The position numbers were made by a program, and so were the translations under genes. From an uncultured Gemmatimonadales bacterium (GTDB lineage Bacteria > Gemmatimonadota > Gemmatimonadetes > Gemmatimonadales > Gemmatimonadaceae): a DNA stretch of 64,000 nt. The DNA is taken from contig CAWKNZ010000002.1 of the NCBI GenBank assembly GCA_963851265.1, positions 832,001 through 896,000 on the forward strand, written 5' to 3'. Positions 1-9,969 of the stretch are shown in pieces; position 1 is the stretch's first letter, and each line of letters starts with the position of its first letter. The notes beneath the pieces are model-generated. The model did not search any database, was not told the DNA's origin, and saw nothing but the letters and a program-made list of their open reading frames with translations.

Positions 1-77
1 CCGTGTGGTTTGAGGTCCGGCCATCGATGTCGGCCCCGGCGGAGATTCGAGCTTCGTTCTTCCCGGAGTTGCCGCCC

Positions 78-1088
78 ATGACCGCTTCCGAACCGCAGTC
101 GATGTCTGCCACGCCGGGCCCAGCCGTCCACGACGCGGCGCGCCTGGCCGAGTTCGAGGCGCGCATCGCGCGCGGCGAGAGCATCGAGCCGAAAGACTGG
201 ATGCCGGAGCGCTACCGGCGCCAGCTCGTGCGGATGATGGGGCAGCACGCGCATTCCGAGATCGTGGGAATGCTTCCCGAGGGCGCGTGGGTGACGCGCG
301 CGCCGTCGCTCCGCCGCAAGCTGTCGCTGCTCGCCAAGGTGCAGGACGAGGCCGGTCATGGCCTGTACATCTACTGCGGCGCGGAGACGTTAGGCGTCGA
401 CCGGCACGACCTCGTGCGCGAGCTGCTCGCGGGCACGGCCAAGTACTCGAGCATCTTCAACTACCCGACGCTCACGTGGGCGGACGTCGGGGTGATCGGG
501 TGGTTCGTCGACGGCGCGGCGATCGTGAACCAGACGGCGCTCGCGAAGCACTGCTCGTACGGACCGTACGCGCGCGCGATGATCCGCGTCTGCAAGGAAG
601 AGAACTTCCACAAGAAGCAGGGCTTCGAGAGCATCGCGACGCTCGCCGCGGGCACGCCGGAGCAGCACGCGATGGCGCAGGACGCGGTGAACCGGTGGTG
701 GTGGCCGTCGTTGATGATGTTCGGGCCGCCGGACGGCGATTCGCCGAATTCCGCGGAGCTCATGCGTTGGGGTGTGAAGAAGTACACGAATGACGAGCTG
801 CGGCAGCGCTTCGTGAACCTCACCGTTCCGCAGGCGCAGGCGGTTGGCCTCACGCTGCCGGACCCCGAGCTGCGCTACGACGACGCCTCGGGAGACTGGC
901 GCTTCGGCGCGATCGACTGGGACGAGTTCTGGGCGGTCGTGAAGGGGAACGGGCCGCTCAATCGCGAGCGCCTCGCGGTGCGAAACGCGGCACACGCCGA
1001 GGGCGAGTGGGTGCGCGAGGCCGCGACCGTGCACGCCGAGAAACGCGCGCGCCGGGCGCGCACTGGCGCGGCGGCGCGCGCGGCCTGA
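78..1088 (+). CDS. paaA: 1,2-phenylacetyl-CoA epoxidase, catalytic subunit A
   Basis: [42 protein letters not shown] di-iron motifs; ATG at 78 follows GGAG at 65-68. Confidence 0.96.
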   Translation: MTASEPQSMSATPGPAVHDAARLAEFEARIARGESIEPKDWMPERYRRQLVRMMGQHAHSEIVGMLPEGAWVTRAPSLRRKLSLLAKVQDEAGHGLYIYCGAETLGVDRHDLVRELLAGTAKYSSIFNYPTLTWADVGVIGWFVDGAAIVNQTALAKHCSYGPYARAMIRVCKEENFHKKQGFESIATLAAGTPEQHAMAQDAVNRWWWPSLMMFGPPDGDSPNSAELMRWGVKKYTNDELRQRFVNLTVPQAQAVGLTLPDPELRYDDASGDWRFGAIDWDEFWAVVKGNGPLNRERLAVRNAAHAEGEWVREAATVHAEKRARRARTGAAARAA

Positions 1089-1156
1089 CGGCGCGGACGG
1101 TGGAGGAGCGCACCGGCGCACCCGCGCCGTCGCCCGGCGACGCGCCCGCCGATTCG

Positions 1157-1486
1157 ATGTCGGCCGGGGCGGCGGACGCGCCGGCCGACGCGCTGTTCGC
1201 CCCCGACTCGCAGTGGGAGTTGTGGGAGGTGTTCACGCAGGAGTCGCAGGGCGCCCCCCACGAACACGCGGGGAGTGTGCGCGCGACCGACGCCGCGCAC
1301 GCGATCCAGAATGCGCGCGACGTCTACGGGCGTCGCGGACGCGTGCTGTCCATGTGGGTGGTACCGACGGCCGCGATCGCAGCCACCACGCCGGACGACG
1401 CCGAACCGTTCTTCGACCCTGCGGCCGACAAGCCGTACCGGCATCCCCATTTCTACAAGGTGCCGCGCGGGGTGCGGGGCCTGTGA
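1157..1486 (+). CDS. paaB: 1,2-phenylacetyl-CoA epoxidase subunit B
   Basis: [39 protein letters not shown]; start uncertain (GTG 1100 or ATG 1157). Confidence 0.92.
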   Translation: MSAGAADAPADALFAPDSQWELWEVFTQESQGAPHEHAGSVRATDAAHAIQNARDVYGRRGRVLSMWVVPTAAIAATTPDDAEPFFDPAADKPYRHPHFYKVPRGVRGL

Positions 1487-2295
1487 CGGCGCCCGCCGCA
1501 GCGATTGGGGCCGCCGTCGAGACGCGGCCGCGGGTCGTCGAGTCGCTGCTCCGGCTCGGGGACGACCGCCTGGTCCTCGGCCACCGCCTGTCGGAGTGGT
1601 GCGGGCACGCTCCGATCCTCGAAGAGGACATCGCACTCGGCAACATCGCGCTCGACCTGCTCGGGCAGGCGCAGGGCGTCCTCAAGCTCGCCGGCGCGCT
1701 CGAAGGCCGTGGACGCGACGAGGATGCGCTGGCGTACTGGCGCAACGCGGACGAGTTCCGCAACGCGCAACTCGTCGAGCTGCCGCGCGGCGATTTCGCG
1801 CACACGATGGTGCGGCAGTTCCTCTTCGACGCCTTCGACGTGCTCGTGACCGAGCGCCTCACGGCGTCACCGAACGCCGACCTCGCGGGGATCATGGCCA
1901 AGGCGCACAAGGAAGCGCGCTACCACGTGCGTCACAGCGGCGACTGGGTCGTGCGGCTCGGCGACGGCACGGACGAGAGCCACCGTCGCGCGCAGCGGGC
2001 GCTCGACGCGCTCTGGCCGTACACGGCCGAGCTGTTCGCGAGCGATGCGGCCGACGCAGCGGCCGTGCACGCGGGCGTAGGCGTGGACGCGGGGGAGCTG
2101 CGCGGCGCGTGGTACGCGGCGGTCGCGGACGTTCTCGACGACGCGACGCTTGCCGCGCCGCCGGCGTTGACCCTGGCCGGGGGAGGTCCGCCTGCGCCGG
2201 GCCTCGGGCGCGTCGGGGAGCACACGGCGCATCTCGCCGACATGCTCGCCGAGATGCAGTCCGTCGCGCGCGCCCACCCCGGCGCGGGCTGGTAG
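1483..2295 (+). CDS. paaC: 1,2-phenylacetyl-CoA epoxidase subunit C
   Basis: LRLGDDRLVLGHRLSEWCGHAPILEEDIALGNIALDLLGQA, KEARYH, EMQSVARAHPGAGW; GTG overlaps the paaB TGA. Confidence 0.95.
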   Translation: MTAPAAAIGAAVETRPRVVESLLRLGDDRLVLGHRLSEWCGHAPILEEDIALGNIALDLLGQAQGVLKLAGALEGRGRDEDALAYWRNADEFRNAQLVELPRGDFAHTMVRQFLFDAFDVLVTERLTASPNADLAGIMAKAHKEARYHVRHSGDWVVRLGDGTDESHRRAQRALDALWPYTAELFASDAADAAAVHAGVGVDAGELRGAWYAAVADVLDDATLAAPPALTLAGGGPPAPGLGRVGEHTAHLADMLAEMQSVARAHPGAGW

Positions 2296-2312
2296 GCGCG
2301 GGCGCGTCGAGC

Positions 2313-2951
2313 GTGTCGCGACCCTCGCCCGCGGAGCTCGCCCGTCTGTTAGGCGACGGCTGGGACGTCCCGTCCCCGTCGCCTGACGCGGTTGCCGGCG
2401 TGCCGCCCGGCGTGGGCGGCCACGATCCCGTGGCGCGGCCGACCGAAGACGCGGTCTGGGCGGCGCTCGGCGGGGTGCCGGACCCGGAGGTGCCGGTCAT
2501 CTCGGTCGTCGAATTGGGGATCGTCCGCGGGGTGGCCGTCGCGGCGGACGATGCCGTCACGGTCACGATCACGCCGACGTACTCGGGGTGTCCGGCGATG
2601 CGCGAGATCGAGCGCGACGTGCGCGCGGCGCTCGTTCAACGCGGGTGGCGCGACGTGCGGATCGAGACGGTGTACGCGCCGGCGTGGACGACGGAGTGGA
2701 TGAGCGACGCGGCGCGCGAGAAGCTGCGCGCCTATGGGATCGCGCCGCCGCGTGCGGGCGGCGCGAGTCTCGTCACCTTGCGCCGCGCAACACGCGGGGC
2801 GCACCCGGCCGCGGAACTCTCGGCCGTCCCGTGTCCGCGGTGTGGTTCCGCCGACACGCGGCTCCAGAGCGCGTTCGGCTCGACCGCGTGCAAGGCGATG
2901 CACACGTGTGTCGCCTGCGGCGAGCCCTTCGAAGAGTTCAAACCGATCTGA
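2313..2951 (+). CDS. paaD: Phenylacetyl-CoA epoxidase maturation subunit D
   Basis: VPDPEVPVISVVELGIVR, ITPTYSGCPAM, WTTEWMS, CPRCGS..FGSTACKA..C..CGEPFEEFK; start uncertain (2313 or 2430). Confidence 0.93.
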   Translation: MSRPSPAELARLLGDGWDVPSPSPDAVAGVPPGVGGHDPVARPTEDAVWAALGGVPDPEVPVISVVELGIVRGVAVAADDAVTVTITPTYSGCPAMREIERDVRAALVQRGWRDVRIETVYAPAWTTEWMSDAAREKLRAYGIAPPRAGGASLVTLRRATRGAHPAAELSAVPCPRCGSADTRLQSAFGSTACKAMHTCVACGEPFEEFKPI

Positions 2952-2952
2952 C

Positions 2953-2984
2953 CGCGGCCCCGGTCAGGTACGACCGGGGCCGCG
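2953..2984. terminator. Hairpin between convergent genes, probable bidirectional terminator
   Basis: CGCGGCCCCGGTC-aggtac-GACCGGGGCCGCG, a perfect 13-bp stem just after the paaD stop; no U-tract. Confidence 0.55.
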
Positions 2985-2993
2985 CACGGGACG

Positions 2994-3398
2994 TCACCGG
3001 ACGAAGGTGGTGCTCTGCCGAAGCTGCTGCTCGATGTTGAACTGAACGACGCTTCCACGGCGAACGTTCAGCATCCCCGTCGAGGCCCGGCCGAAACCGC
3101 CGACGGGGACCGCGACGACGCGCAGGTCGTGGATGTCGAACTGCTGCGGGTCGATGACGAACGTCTGCAGGTCCGGCCCGCTCACGTCGCCGAGCCGGGT
3201 CGCTACGCCCTCGCTCACGAGGTACAGGTCGAGCGGTCCGACGTAGTTGCTCCGCACCTGCACCTGCACGACGTTGGAATCGACGTAGACGCGTGGCCCA
3301 CCGCCGGAGCCCCGTCTGCCGCCGGCACCGCCCGAGGCGCACGCGGCCAACACGGCGAAGGCAAACAGGGCGACACAACGGAAGACGGCGGCACGCAT
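2994..3398 (-). CDS. Hypothetical small lipoprotein
   Basis: MRAAVFRCVALFAFAVLAAC signal peptide and lipobox; AGGAG RBS upstream; beta-rich mature part. Confidence 0.75.
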   Translation of the reverse strand: MRAAVFRCVALFAFAVLAACASGGAGGRRGSGGGPRVYVDSNVVQVQVRSNYVGPLDLYLVSEGVATRLGDVSGPDLQTFVIDPQQFDIHDLRVVAVPVGGFGRASTGMLNVRRGSVVQFNIEQQLRQSTTFVR

Positions 3399-3581
3399 GG
3401 CTGATCTCCTGGGGGAATGGGAGCGTCCGCGTTTTGCAGGACGAAGGCCAGTGTCGCGCCACTCTTCGATCATTGGGCACCAAGTTTCGACGATGTGCCG
3501 CGTCCGCTGCCGGCCACGACGTCGCGGTCGGGACGCTGCGCCCTCAGTGCCTCGCGCGTCCTGTCACACCGTCAGGGCGCG

Positions 3582-5780
3582 TCACGTCGCGAGCAACGCC
3601 TCCGCCCGCGCGACGATGCCGCCTACCGATGGGAGCACCGCGTCGAGCAGGGTCGGGTGGTACGGCATCGGCACGTCCTCTACGCAGTAGCGCTCGACGG
3701 GCGCGTCGAGCCACCAGAACGCGTCGCGCGCGAGAACGGCGGCGATCTCGGCCCCGAAGCCCGCCGTGCGCGTGTCCTCGTGCACGACGAGGCAGCGGCC
3801 GGTGCGCTGAACCGACGCGAGTACCGCCTCGCGGTCCCACGGCGCCACGGTGCGCAAGTCGAGCAGGTCAACGGCGTCGTCGCCGTGGCGTGTGGCGAGT
3901 TCCTCGGCTGCTTCGACGCACCGGTGCGTCAGCGCGCCCCAGGTGACGACGGTGAGGCGCGAGCCTTCGCGCAGACGCGCCGCACGGCCGAACGGCAGGA
4001 CGTAGTCATCGCCCGGGTAGGGCGCGCTGCCGTCGCTCGTCATGAGCAATGCGCGGTGCTCGAAGAAGACGGTCGGGTTGGGCGAGCGCATCGCGGCCCG
4101 CAGGAGGCCGACGGCGTCGGCCGCGTTGGACGGGATCGCGACCTGCCAGCCGAGTGCGTGGGCGAACCGGACTTCGTCCGAGAGCGAGTGCCACGGGTCG
4201 CCGACGTCCTTCCCGAAGCCGCCGGGCATCCGGACGACGATGGGGGCGCAGAACTGGTTGGCCGTCCGCCAGCGTACGGTGCCGCAGTTGTTGAGCTGCT
4301 CGGTCGCCGGGTCGGCGTACTTGCGGAACTGGATTTCGGCGACGGGCACGAGGCCGCTGTACGCCATTCCGACGGCGCGCCCGATGATCCCCTCTTCCGA
4401 GAGCGAGGTGTCGAACACGCGTTCCGCGCCAAACCGCTTCTGCAGCCCCTCGGTCACGAGGTGGACGCCGCCCTTCACGCCGACGTCCTCACCGAACACG
4501 AGCAGCTTGGGATTCACCTCGAGTTCGTGCGCGAGCGTCCGGCGGACAGCCTCCGCAAAGCGCAGCGCACCCCCGGTCGGCGCGGCGACGTCGGTGCCGA
4601 CGAGTGAGGCCCGCTCCACCTCGCTCATCCCGCCAACCGCGACGGGATCGCCGGGGCCGGGCGGTTCGGCGACGACGAACCGCGTAACGCGCGCCGGATC
4701 ACTCACCGGACGCGCTCGTGCCGCCGCGAGCGCGTCGACGACGTCGTTCGCGACGTCCTGCTCGAGTCGTTCCCACTCGGCCCCGGTCATCCCGTTGGCG
4801 AGCGCGTGCGCGCGGAGCCGCGGCAGCGGATCGCGCGCCTCGTCCGCCGCGATTGCCTCCGCCGTGCGGTACCCCTTCTGGTTATCCGGCCCGGAGTGGC
4901 TCGACAGGCGCGGCACGGTGAGCCGCACGAGCGCCGGTCCGGCGCCGCGGCGGACGTGGGCGACGGCGTCGGATAGCCGCGCGGCCGCGTCGGCCGGGTC
5001 GGTGCCGTCGCCGTCGATGACGTGGAGCCCTGCGAACGAGGCCAGATTCGCGGCGATGTTGCCGCCCGGAGTCTGGAAGCTCGACGGCACGGAGATGCCG
5101 AGTCCGTTGTCTTCGACGTAGAAGAGCATCGGGAGCTTGAGCGTGGTCGCCATCGTGAGGGCCGACCAGAACCCGCTCGTGGCGACGCTCGCTTCGCCGC
5201 CGAGCGCGACGCCCATCGCGCCTTCCCAGCGGGCGTCGCGGAGTACGTCGCGGTGGTAGAGGATGCTCTGCGCCCAGCCGGCAATCGGCGTGTACTGCCC
5301 GCCGACGTCTCCGGCCATGGGCAGCACCTGCGGGCCGTCTGCGCGCGGAAGGTTGCACACGACGCCGATGTCGCGCCCGTCGCTGAACCCGCCCGAGCGC
5401 CCGAGCGGGCTGGCGAGCGCGTCCTCGACGGACAGCCCGAGAGAGAGGAGGAGCGGGCGCGAGCGGTAGTATGCACCCGCCGCGTCCCGGGGGTGGTCGA
5501 GCAGGGCGCCGAGGATGCATTGCGCGACGTCGTGTCCGCGTGCCGAGAACTGGTAGAGGACGACGTGCTCGCGCGGAACCGTGGCGCGGTTGCGGTTCGT
5601 CGCTTCCTCCGCCTCGTCGAGGGCGCGCGAGACGAGCGCATGCCGCGCGACACGGGGCCAGTCGATGGACGGGCGGGTCTGGATCGCGTCGCCCGCAGGC
5701 GGGCCGGCGGGCGCGGCGGGGCGTCCGCGTGCCGGACGTTCGGTGCGGGGGACGGGGCGGACGGTGTCGCGAACGGTCAT
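3582..5780 (-). CDS. Fused 2-oxoacid dehydrogenase E1 alpha+beta (ThDP-dependent, transketolase C-terminal domain)
   Basis: Alpha half: FSARGHD, YYRS, SHSGPDNQKGYR. Beta half: VFGEDVGVKGGV, RVFDTSLSEEGIIG, PVAEIQF, WHS, FFEH, DLRTVAPWD, VHED. Confidence 0.9.
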   Translation of the reverse strand: MTVRDTVRPVPRTERPARGRPAAPAGPPAGDAIQTRPSIDWPRVARHALVSRALDEAEEATNRNRATVPREHVVLYQFSARGHDVAQCILGALLDHPRDAAGAYYRSRPLLLSLGLSVEDALASPLGRSGGFSDGRDIGVVCNLPRADGPQVLPMAGDVGGQYTPIAGWAQSILYHRDVLRDARWEGAMGVALGGEASVATSGFWSALTMATTLKLPMLFYVEDNGLGISVPSSFQTPGGNIAANLASFAGLHVIDGDGTDPADAAARLSDAVAHVRRGAGPALVRLTVPRLSSHSGPDNQKGYRTAEAIAADEARDPLPRLRAHALANGMTGAEWERLEQDVANDVVDALAAARARPVSDPARVTRFVVAEPPGPGDPVAVGGMSEVERASLVGTDVAAPTGGALRFAEAVRRTLAHELEVNPKLLVFGEDVGVKGGVHLVTEGLQKRFGAERVFDTSLSEEGIIGRAVGMAYSGLVPVAEIQFRKYADPATEQLNNCGTVRWRTANQFCAPIVVRMPGGFGKDVGDPWHSLSDEVRFAHALGWQVAIPSNAADAVGLLRAAMRSPNPTVFFEHRALLMTSDGSAPYPGDDYVLPFGRAARLREGSRLTVVTWGALTHRCVEAAEELATRHGDDAVDLLDLRTVAPWDREAVLASVQRTGRCLVVHEDTRTAGFGAEIAAVLARDAFWWLDAPVERYCVEDVPMPYHPTLLDAVLPSVGGIVARAEALLAT

Positions 5781-5934
5781 GACTGGGTGCGTCTCGTGCT
5801 GGGCCGGTAACGTGCGGACGCCGTGGAGTGACGGGAAATTGCCTCCGCGCCGGGCGGCGTCGCGAGCGAAGGATAGCTTTGGGCCGCCGCGCCCGTCGGG
5901 CGCGCAGCCTGGGTTCCCTCGTACACCGCTCGCC

Positions 5935-6727
5935 ATGTCCGAACCGTCCATCGTGTCCGAAATCGCCGATGGCGTGCTGACGATCACGCTCAATCGGCCC
6001 GAGGTGCTCAACAGCTTCGATCGGGCGATGGCGCTGGGGCTGCAGGGAGCGCTCGGCCGGGCGGCGGCCGACGAGGCGGTGCGCGCGGTGCTGCTGACGG
6101 GTGCCGGCCGGGCCTTCTGCGCCGGGCAGGACCTCGCCGCCGTCTTGCCTGCGGACGGGGGCGAGCCGACCGACCTCGGTGCGATCGTGCGCGAGTGTTA
6201 CAACCCGATCGTACGGGCCATCGCGATGCTCGAGAAGCCAGTCGTCGCTGCGGTCAACGGCATCGCGGCGGGGGCGGGGGCGAATCTCGCGCTGGCGTGC
6301 GACTTCGTGGTCGCGTCGGAGGAGGCAAGCTTCGTTCAATCGTTCGTCCACGTCGGGTTGATCCCCGACTCGGGGGGGACGTGGATGCTGCCTCAACTGG
6401 TCGGGCGTGCGCGGGCCGCGCAGCTGGCGATGCTCGGTGAGAAGCTGCCGGCGCCGCGGGCGCTCGAATGGGGGATGATCTTCGCCGTGGCGCCCGCGGC
6501 CGAGGTGATCGGTGTCGGCGGGAGCGCTCGCGCGCCGACTGGCGGGGATGGCGACGCGCGGGATCGGGCTCACGAAGCGCGGGTTCCTGCGCGCCGCGTC
6601 GGGGACGCTGGACGAGCAGTTGGCCTACGAGGCGGGGTTGCAGGGCGAGGCCGGGCGCACGCGGGACTATGCGGAAGGGGTGCGGGCGTTTGTGGAGAAA
6701 CGGAAGGCGGGGTTCGTGGGCGCGTGA
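5935..6727 (+). pseudogene. paaG: PaaG-type enoyl-CoA isomerase (crotonase family) with a 1-nt frameshift near 6517; pseudogene or sequencing error
   Basis: ITLNRPEVLNSF, GRAFCAGQDL, AAVNGIAAGAGANLALACD, GLIPDSGGTW in one frame; the C-terminus (GALARRLAGM..LDEQLAYEA..RTRDYAEGVRAFVEKR) is in the 6512..6727 frame. Confidence 0.85.
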
Positions 6728-6886
6728 GCGGGCGCCGGGTTGGGGGCGTGCGTCGGCCGCGCCAGCGTTCCGATGTATGCGTGACCGCCCGCTCCGCTGC
6801 GCTGGGCGTCGCCGCCGTCGCCGTGACCGGTCCCGTGTGAGCGCGGTCGCTCGTAATGGTGCCTATCGATACTAACTCCTTCTATC

Positions 6887-8068
6887 GTGCATCCGCTTTC
6901 TCCTTCCACCCCCGTCGGCGTCCTCGGCGCCGGCGCGATGGGGACCGGCATCGCCCACGTCGCGCTCCGCGCGGGCCACCCGGTCGTCCTCGGAGACGCG
7001 CGGGCCGACGCCGCGGTCCGCGCGCGCGAGGTGCTCGCGTCCGCGCTGGCGCGCGACGTCGCGCGAGGACGTCTCACGGAGCCCGCGGTGGACGCCGCGC
7101 TCGCCGGCCTGACGACGGTGGACGGCGGGGCCGAGGCGTTCGCGCCGTGCGGGCTCGTCATCGAGGCCGTCGTGGAGGAGTTGGGCGTGAAGCGCGCGCT
7201 GTTCGCCGCGCTCGAGGCGCACGTCGCATCCGACGCGGTACTCGCGACCAACACGTCATCGCTCGCCATCGCCGCGATCGCCGGTGCGTGCCGCCGCCCC
7301 GAGCGCGTGCTCGGCGTGCACTTCTTCAATCCCGCGCCGGTGCTGCCGCTCGTCGAGATCGTGCCCGGGTTGGCCACGGACCCCGACGTCACGCGCCGGG
7401 TGCGTGCGCTCGTGGACGTGTGGGGAAAGACCACGGTGGTCGCGAGCGACACGCCGGGGTTCATCGTCAACCGCGTCGCGCGGCCGTTCTACGGTGAGTC
7501 GCTGCGCGTGCTCGACGAGCGGCTCGCGGACGCGGCGACGATCGATTGGGCGATGCGCGAGCGCGGCGAATTCCGGATGGGGCCGTTCGAACTCATGGAC
7601 TTCATCGGGCACGACGTGAACTTCGCCGTCACGCGCTCGGTGTACGAACAGACGTTCCACGACCCGCGGTACCGGCCGTCGCTCACGCAGCAGCGACTCG
7701 TCGAGGCGGGGCGCTTGGGGAAGAAGGCGGGGCGCGGGTTCTACGACCATGCGGACGGCGCGCCGCGGGCCGAGCCGGTGCGCGACGTCGCGTTAGGCGA
7801 CTCGGTGGTGCGGCGCGTGGTCGCGATGCTCGTGAACGAGGCGGCCGATGCGGTCCACTGGGGCGTGGCGTCAGCCGCTGACGTCGAACTCGCGATGACC
7901 GCCGGGGTGAACTATCCGCGCGGACTGCTGGCGTGGGGCGACGCGATCGGACCGGCGGCGGTCGCGGCGGAGATCGACGCGCTCCGCGAGCGTTACGGGG
8001 AGGACCGGTATCGCGTGTCGCCGCTCGTGCGCCGGGCCGCGCGCGAGGGCGGGCGGTTGGCGCCGTGA
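6887..8068 (+). CDS. paaH: 3-hydroxyacyl-CoA (3-hydroxyadipyl-CoA) dehydrogenase
   Basis: GVLGAGAMGTGIA Rossmann motif, ATNTSSL, HFFNPAP, DTPGFIVNR, MGPFELMD, duplicated C-terminal domain. Confidence 0.92.
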   Translation: MHPLSPSTPVGVLGAGAMGTGIAHVALRAGHPVVLGDARADAAVRAREVLASALARDVARGRLTEPAVDAALAGLTTVDGGAEAFAPCGLVIEAVVEELGVKRALFAALEAHVASDAVLATNTSSLAIAAIAGACRRPERVLGVHFFNPAPVLPLVEIVPGLATDPDVTRRVRALVDVWGKTTVVASDTPGFIVNRVARPFYGESLRVLDERLADAATIDWAMRERGEFRMGPFELMDFIGHDVNFAVTRSVYEQTFHDPRYRPSLTQQRLVEAGRLGKKAGRGFYDHADGAPRAEPVRDVALGDSVVRRVVAMLVNEAADAVHWGVASAADVELAMTAGVNYPRGLLAWGDAIGPAAVAAEIDALRERYGEDRYRVSPLVRRAAREGGRLAP

Positions 8069-8550
8069 GTGCGGCCGATTCGGCGCCCGACGCGATAGCG
8101 GACGCGCCCGAGGGCTCGTCAGAGGGCCCGATCGCGGTCGCGCGGCGGGTGCTGGCGGAAATGCTCGCCGCCGACGCGTTTACGCGCTGGCTCGGAGCGG
8201 AGGTCGTCGACGCGGGTCCGCGGCGGTGCGTGCTGCGCATGACCGTGCGCGCCGAGATGCTGAACGGGTTCGGCACGTGCCACGGCGGGGTCACGTTCGG
8301 GCTCGCCGACAGTGCGTTCGCGTTCGCGTGCAACTCGCACGGGACCGTCTGCGTCGCGCTCGACTGCACCGTGAGCTACCCGAACCCCGCGCGGGTGGGC
8401 GACGTGCTCAAGGCGACGGCCGAGGCTGAACTCGAACCGCGGCGGGTGGGGTTCTACCGCGTCACGGTAGCGAACGCGGCGGGCGACGTCGTCGCGCTGT
8501 TTCGCGGGACGGCGTTCGACACGCGGCGGGCGCGCCCGGGCACGTCGTGA
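8065..8550 (+). CDS. paaI: PaaI hot-dog thioesterase
   Basis: MLNGFGTCHGGVTFGLADSAFAFACNSHG; GTG overlaps the paaH TGA. Confidence 0.92.
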   Translation: MSAADSAPDAIADAPEGSSEGPIAVARRVLAEMLAADAFTRWLGAEVVDAGPRRCVLRMTVRAEMLNGFGTCHGGVTFGLADSAFAFACNSHGTVCVALDCTVSYPNPARVGDVLKATAEAELEPRRVGFYRVTVANAAGDVVALFRGTAFDTRRARPGTS

Positions 8551-8754
8551 CAGGGGCCGGGGTACAGGTGCGGGCGATCGGCTGCCGCGCGGCGCCAGGA
8601 AAGCGGTTCCCGTCGCCCGCGCACGCTGTAGGTCCAGCGTCGTCTTGCCCGCTTCCACGGTCCGGTAGGCGGAGGAGCGGCGCGGCGTCTTCGCGGTCAA
8701 CGAAGTGATTTCTCACCGCGCGCCGGCTCGACCGGCGCGCACTTGCGTCGAATT

Positions 8755-9969
8755 GTGACCACTCCTGCATACATCGTCGACGGCGTGCGGACGCCGATCG
8801 GCAGCCTCGGCGGCGGGCTGGCCGAACTGCGGCCGGACGACATGGCCGCGCACGTCGTGCGTGCGCTGATCGCCCGCCATCCAGCACTCGACCCCGCGCG
8901 CGTCGCCGACGTCGTGCTCGGCTGCGCCAACCAGGCGGGCGAGGACAACCGCAACGTCGCGCGCATGGCCGCGCTGCTGGCCGGGTTGCCGGAGAGCGTG
9001 CCGGGCGAGACCGTGAACCGCCTGTGTGCGTCCGGGATGGGTGCCGTCGCGCACGCCGCACGCGCGGTCATGACCGGCGACGGCGACGTCTACGTGGCCG
9101 GGGGCGTCGAGAGCATGACGCGCGCGCCCTTCGTGCTCTCGAAGGCCTCGAAGCCGTTCGGGCGCGACGTCGAGCTGTTCGACACCTCCTTGGGCTGGCG
9201 GTTCGTGAACCCGCGGATGCGCGACTGCTTCGGCGTCGACTCGATGGGGCAGACCGCAGAGAACGTCGCGGAACGGCTCGGGATCTCGCGCGACGACCAG
9301 GACCTGTTCGCGCTCCGCTCGCAGCAGAAGGCCGCCGCGGCGCGCGACCGTGGGCGTTCCGAGCGCGAGATCGTTCCGGTCGACGTGCCGGCGGGCAGGA
9401 AGGGGACCGTCCGGGTCGAGCGCGACGAGTTCCTGCGCCCCGACACGACACTCGACGCGCTCGCGAAGCTGCGGCCGGCGTTCCGGACCGACGGTCAGGG
9501 CACCGTGACGGCGGGGAACGCGTCGGGGCTGAACGACGGCGCGTGCGCGCTGCTCGTGACGTCGGAGGATGGCGCGCGCGTCGCGGGGACGGAACCGCTC
9601 GCGCGGATCGTCGCCTTCGGCGTCGCCGGCGTGGAGCCGCGGGTGATGGGGCTCGGGCCGGTGCCGGCGACGCGGCAGGCGCTCGCGAAGGCGGGGCTCA
9701 CGCTCGATCAGATGGACGTGCTCGAGCTCAACGAGGCGTTCGCCGCCCAGGTGCTCGGCTGCCTGCGCGAGCTCGGCGTCGCGGACGACGACCCGCGCGT
9801 GAACCCGAACGGCGGAGCGATCGCGTTAGGCCACCCGCTCGGGATGAGCGGCGCGCGTCTGCTGCTGACGGCGGCGCGCGAGCTCCACGCGTCCGGCGGG
9901 CGGTACGCGCTCTGCACGATGTGCGTGGGTGTGGGGCAGGGGATGGCGACGGTGCTGGAGCGGGTGTGA
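8755..9969 (+). CDS. paaJ: 3-oxoadipyl-CoA / 3-oxo-5,6-dehydrosuberyl-CoA thiolase (PaaJ/PcaF)
   Basis: [50 protein letters not shown]. Confidence 0.93.
   Translation: MTTPAYIVDGVRTPIGSLGGGLAELRPDDMAAHVVRALIARHPALDPARVADVVLGCANQAGEDNRNVARMAALLAGLPESVPGETVNRLCASGMGAVAHAARAVMTGDGDVYVAGGVESMTRAPFVLSKASKPFGRDVELFDTSLGWRFVNPRMRDCFGVDSMGQTAENVAERLGISRDDQDLFALRSQQKAAAARDRGRSEREIVPVDVPAGRKGTVRVERDEFLRPDTTLDALAKLRPAFRTDGQGTVTAGNASGLNDGACALLVTSEDGARVAGTEPLARIVAFGVAGVEPRVMGLGPVPATRQALAKAGLTLDQMDVLELNEAFAAQVLGCLRELGVADDDPRVNPNGGAIALGHPLGMSGARLLLTAARELHASGGRYALCTMCVGVGQGMATVLERV

Noticed and set aside
8551..8754. Possible structured RNA between paaI and paaJ
   Set aside because: It shows only a short GC-rich inverted repeat (GCGGGCGA..TCGCCCGC), which is unremarkable at this GC content, and matches no family I recognise.
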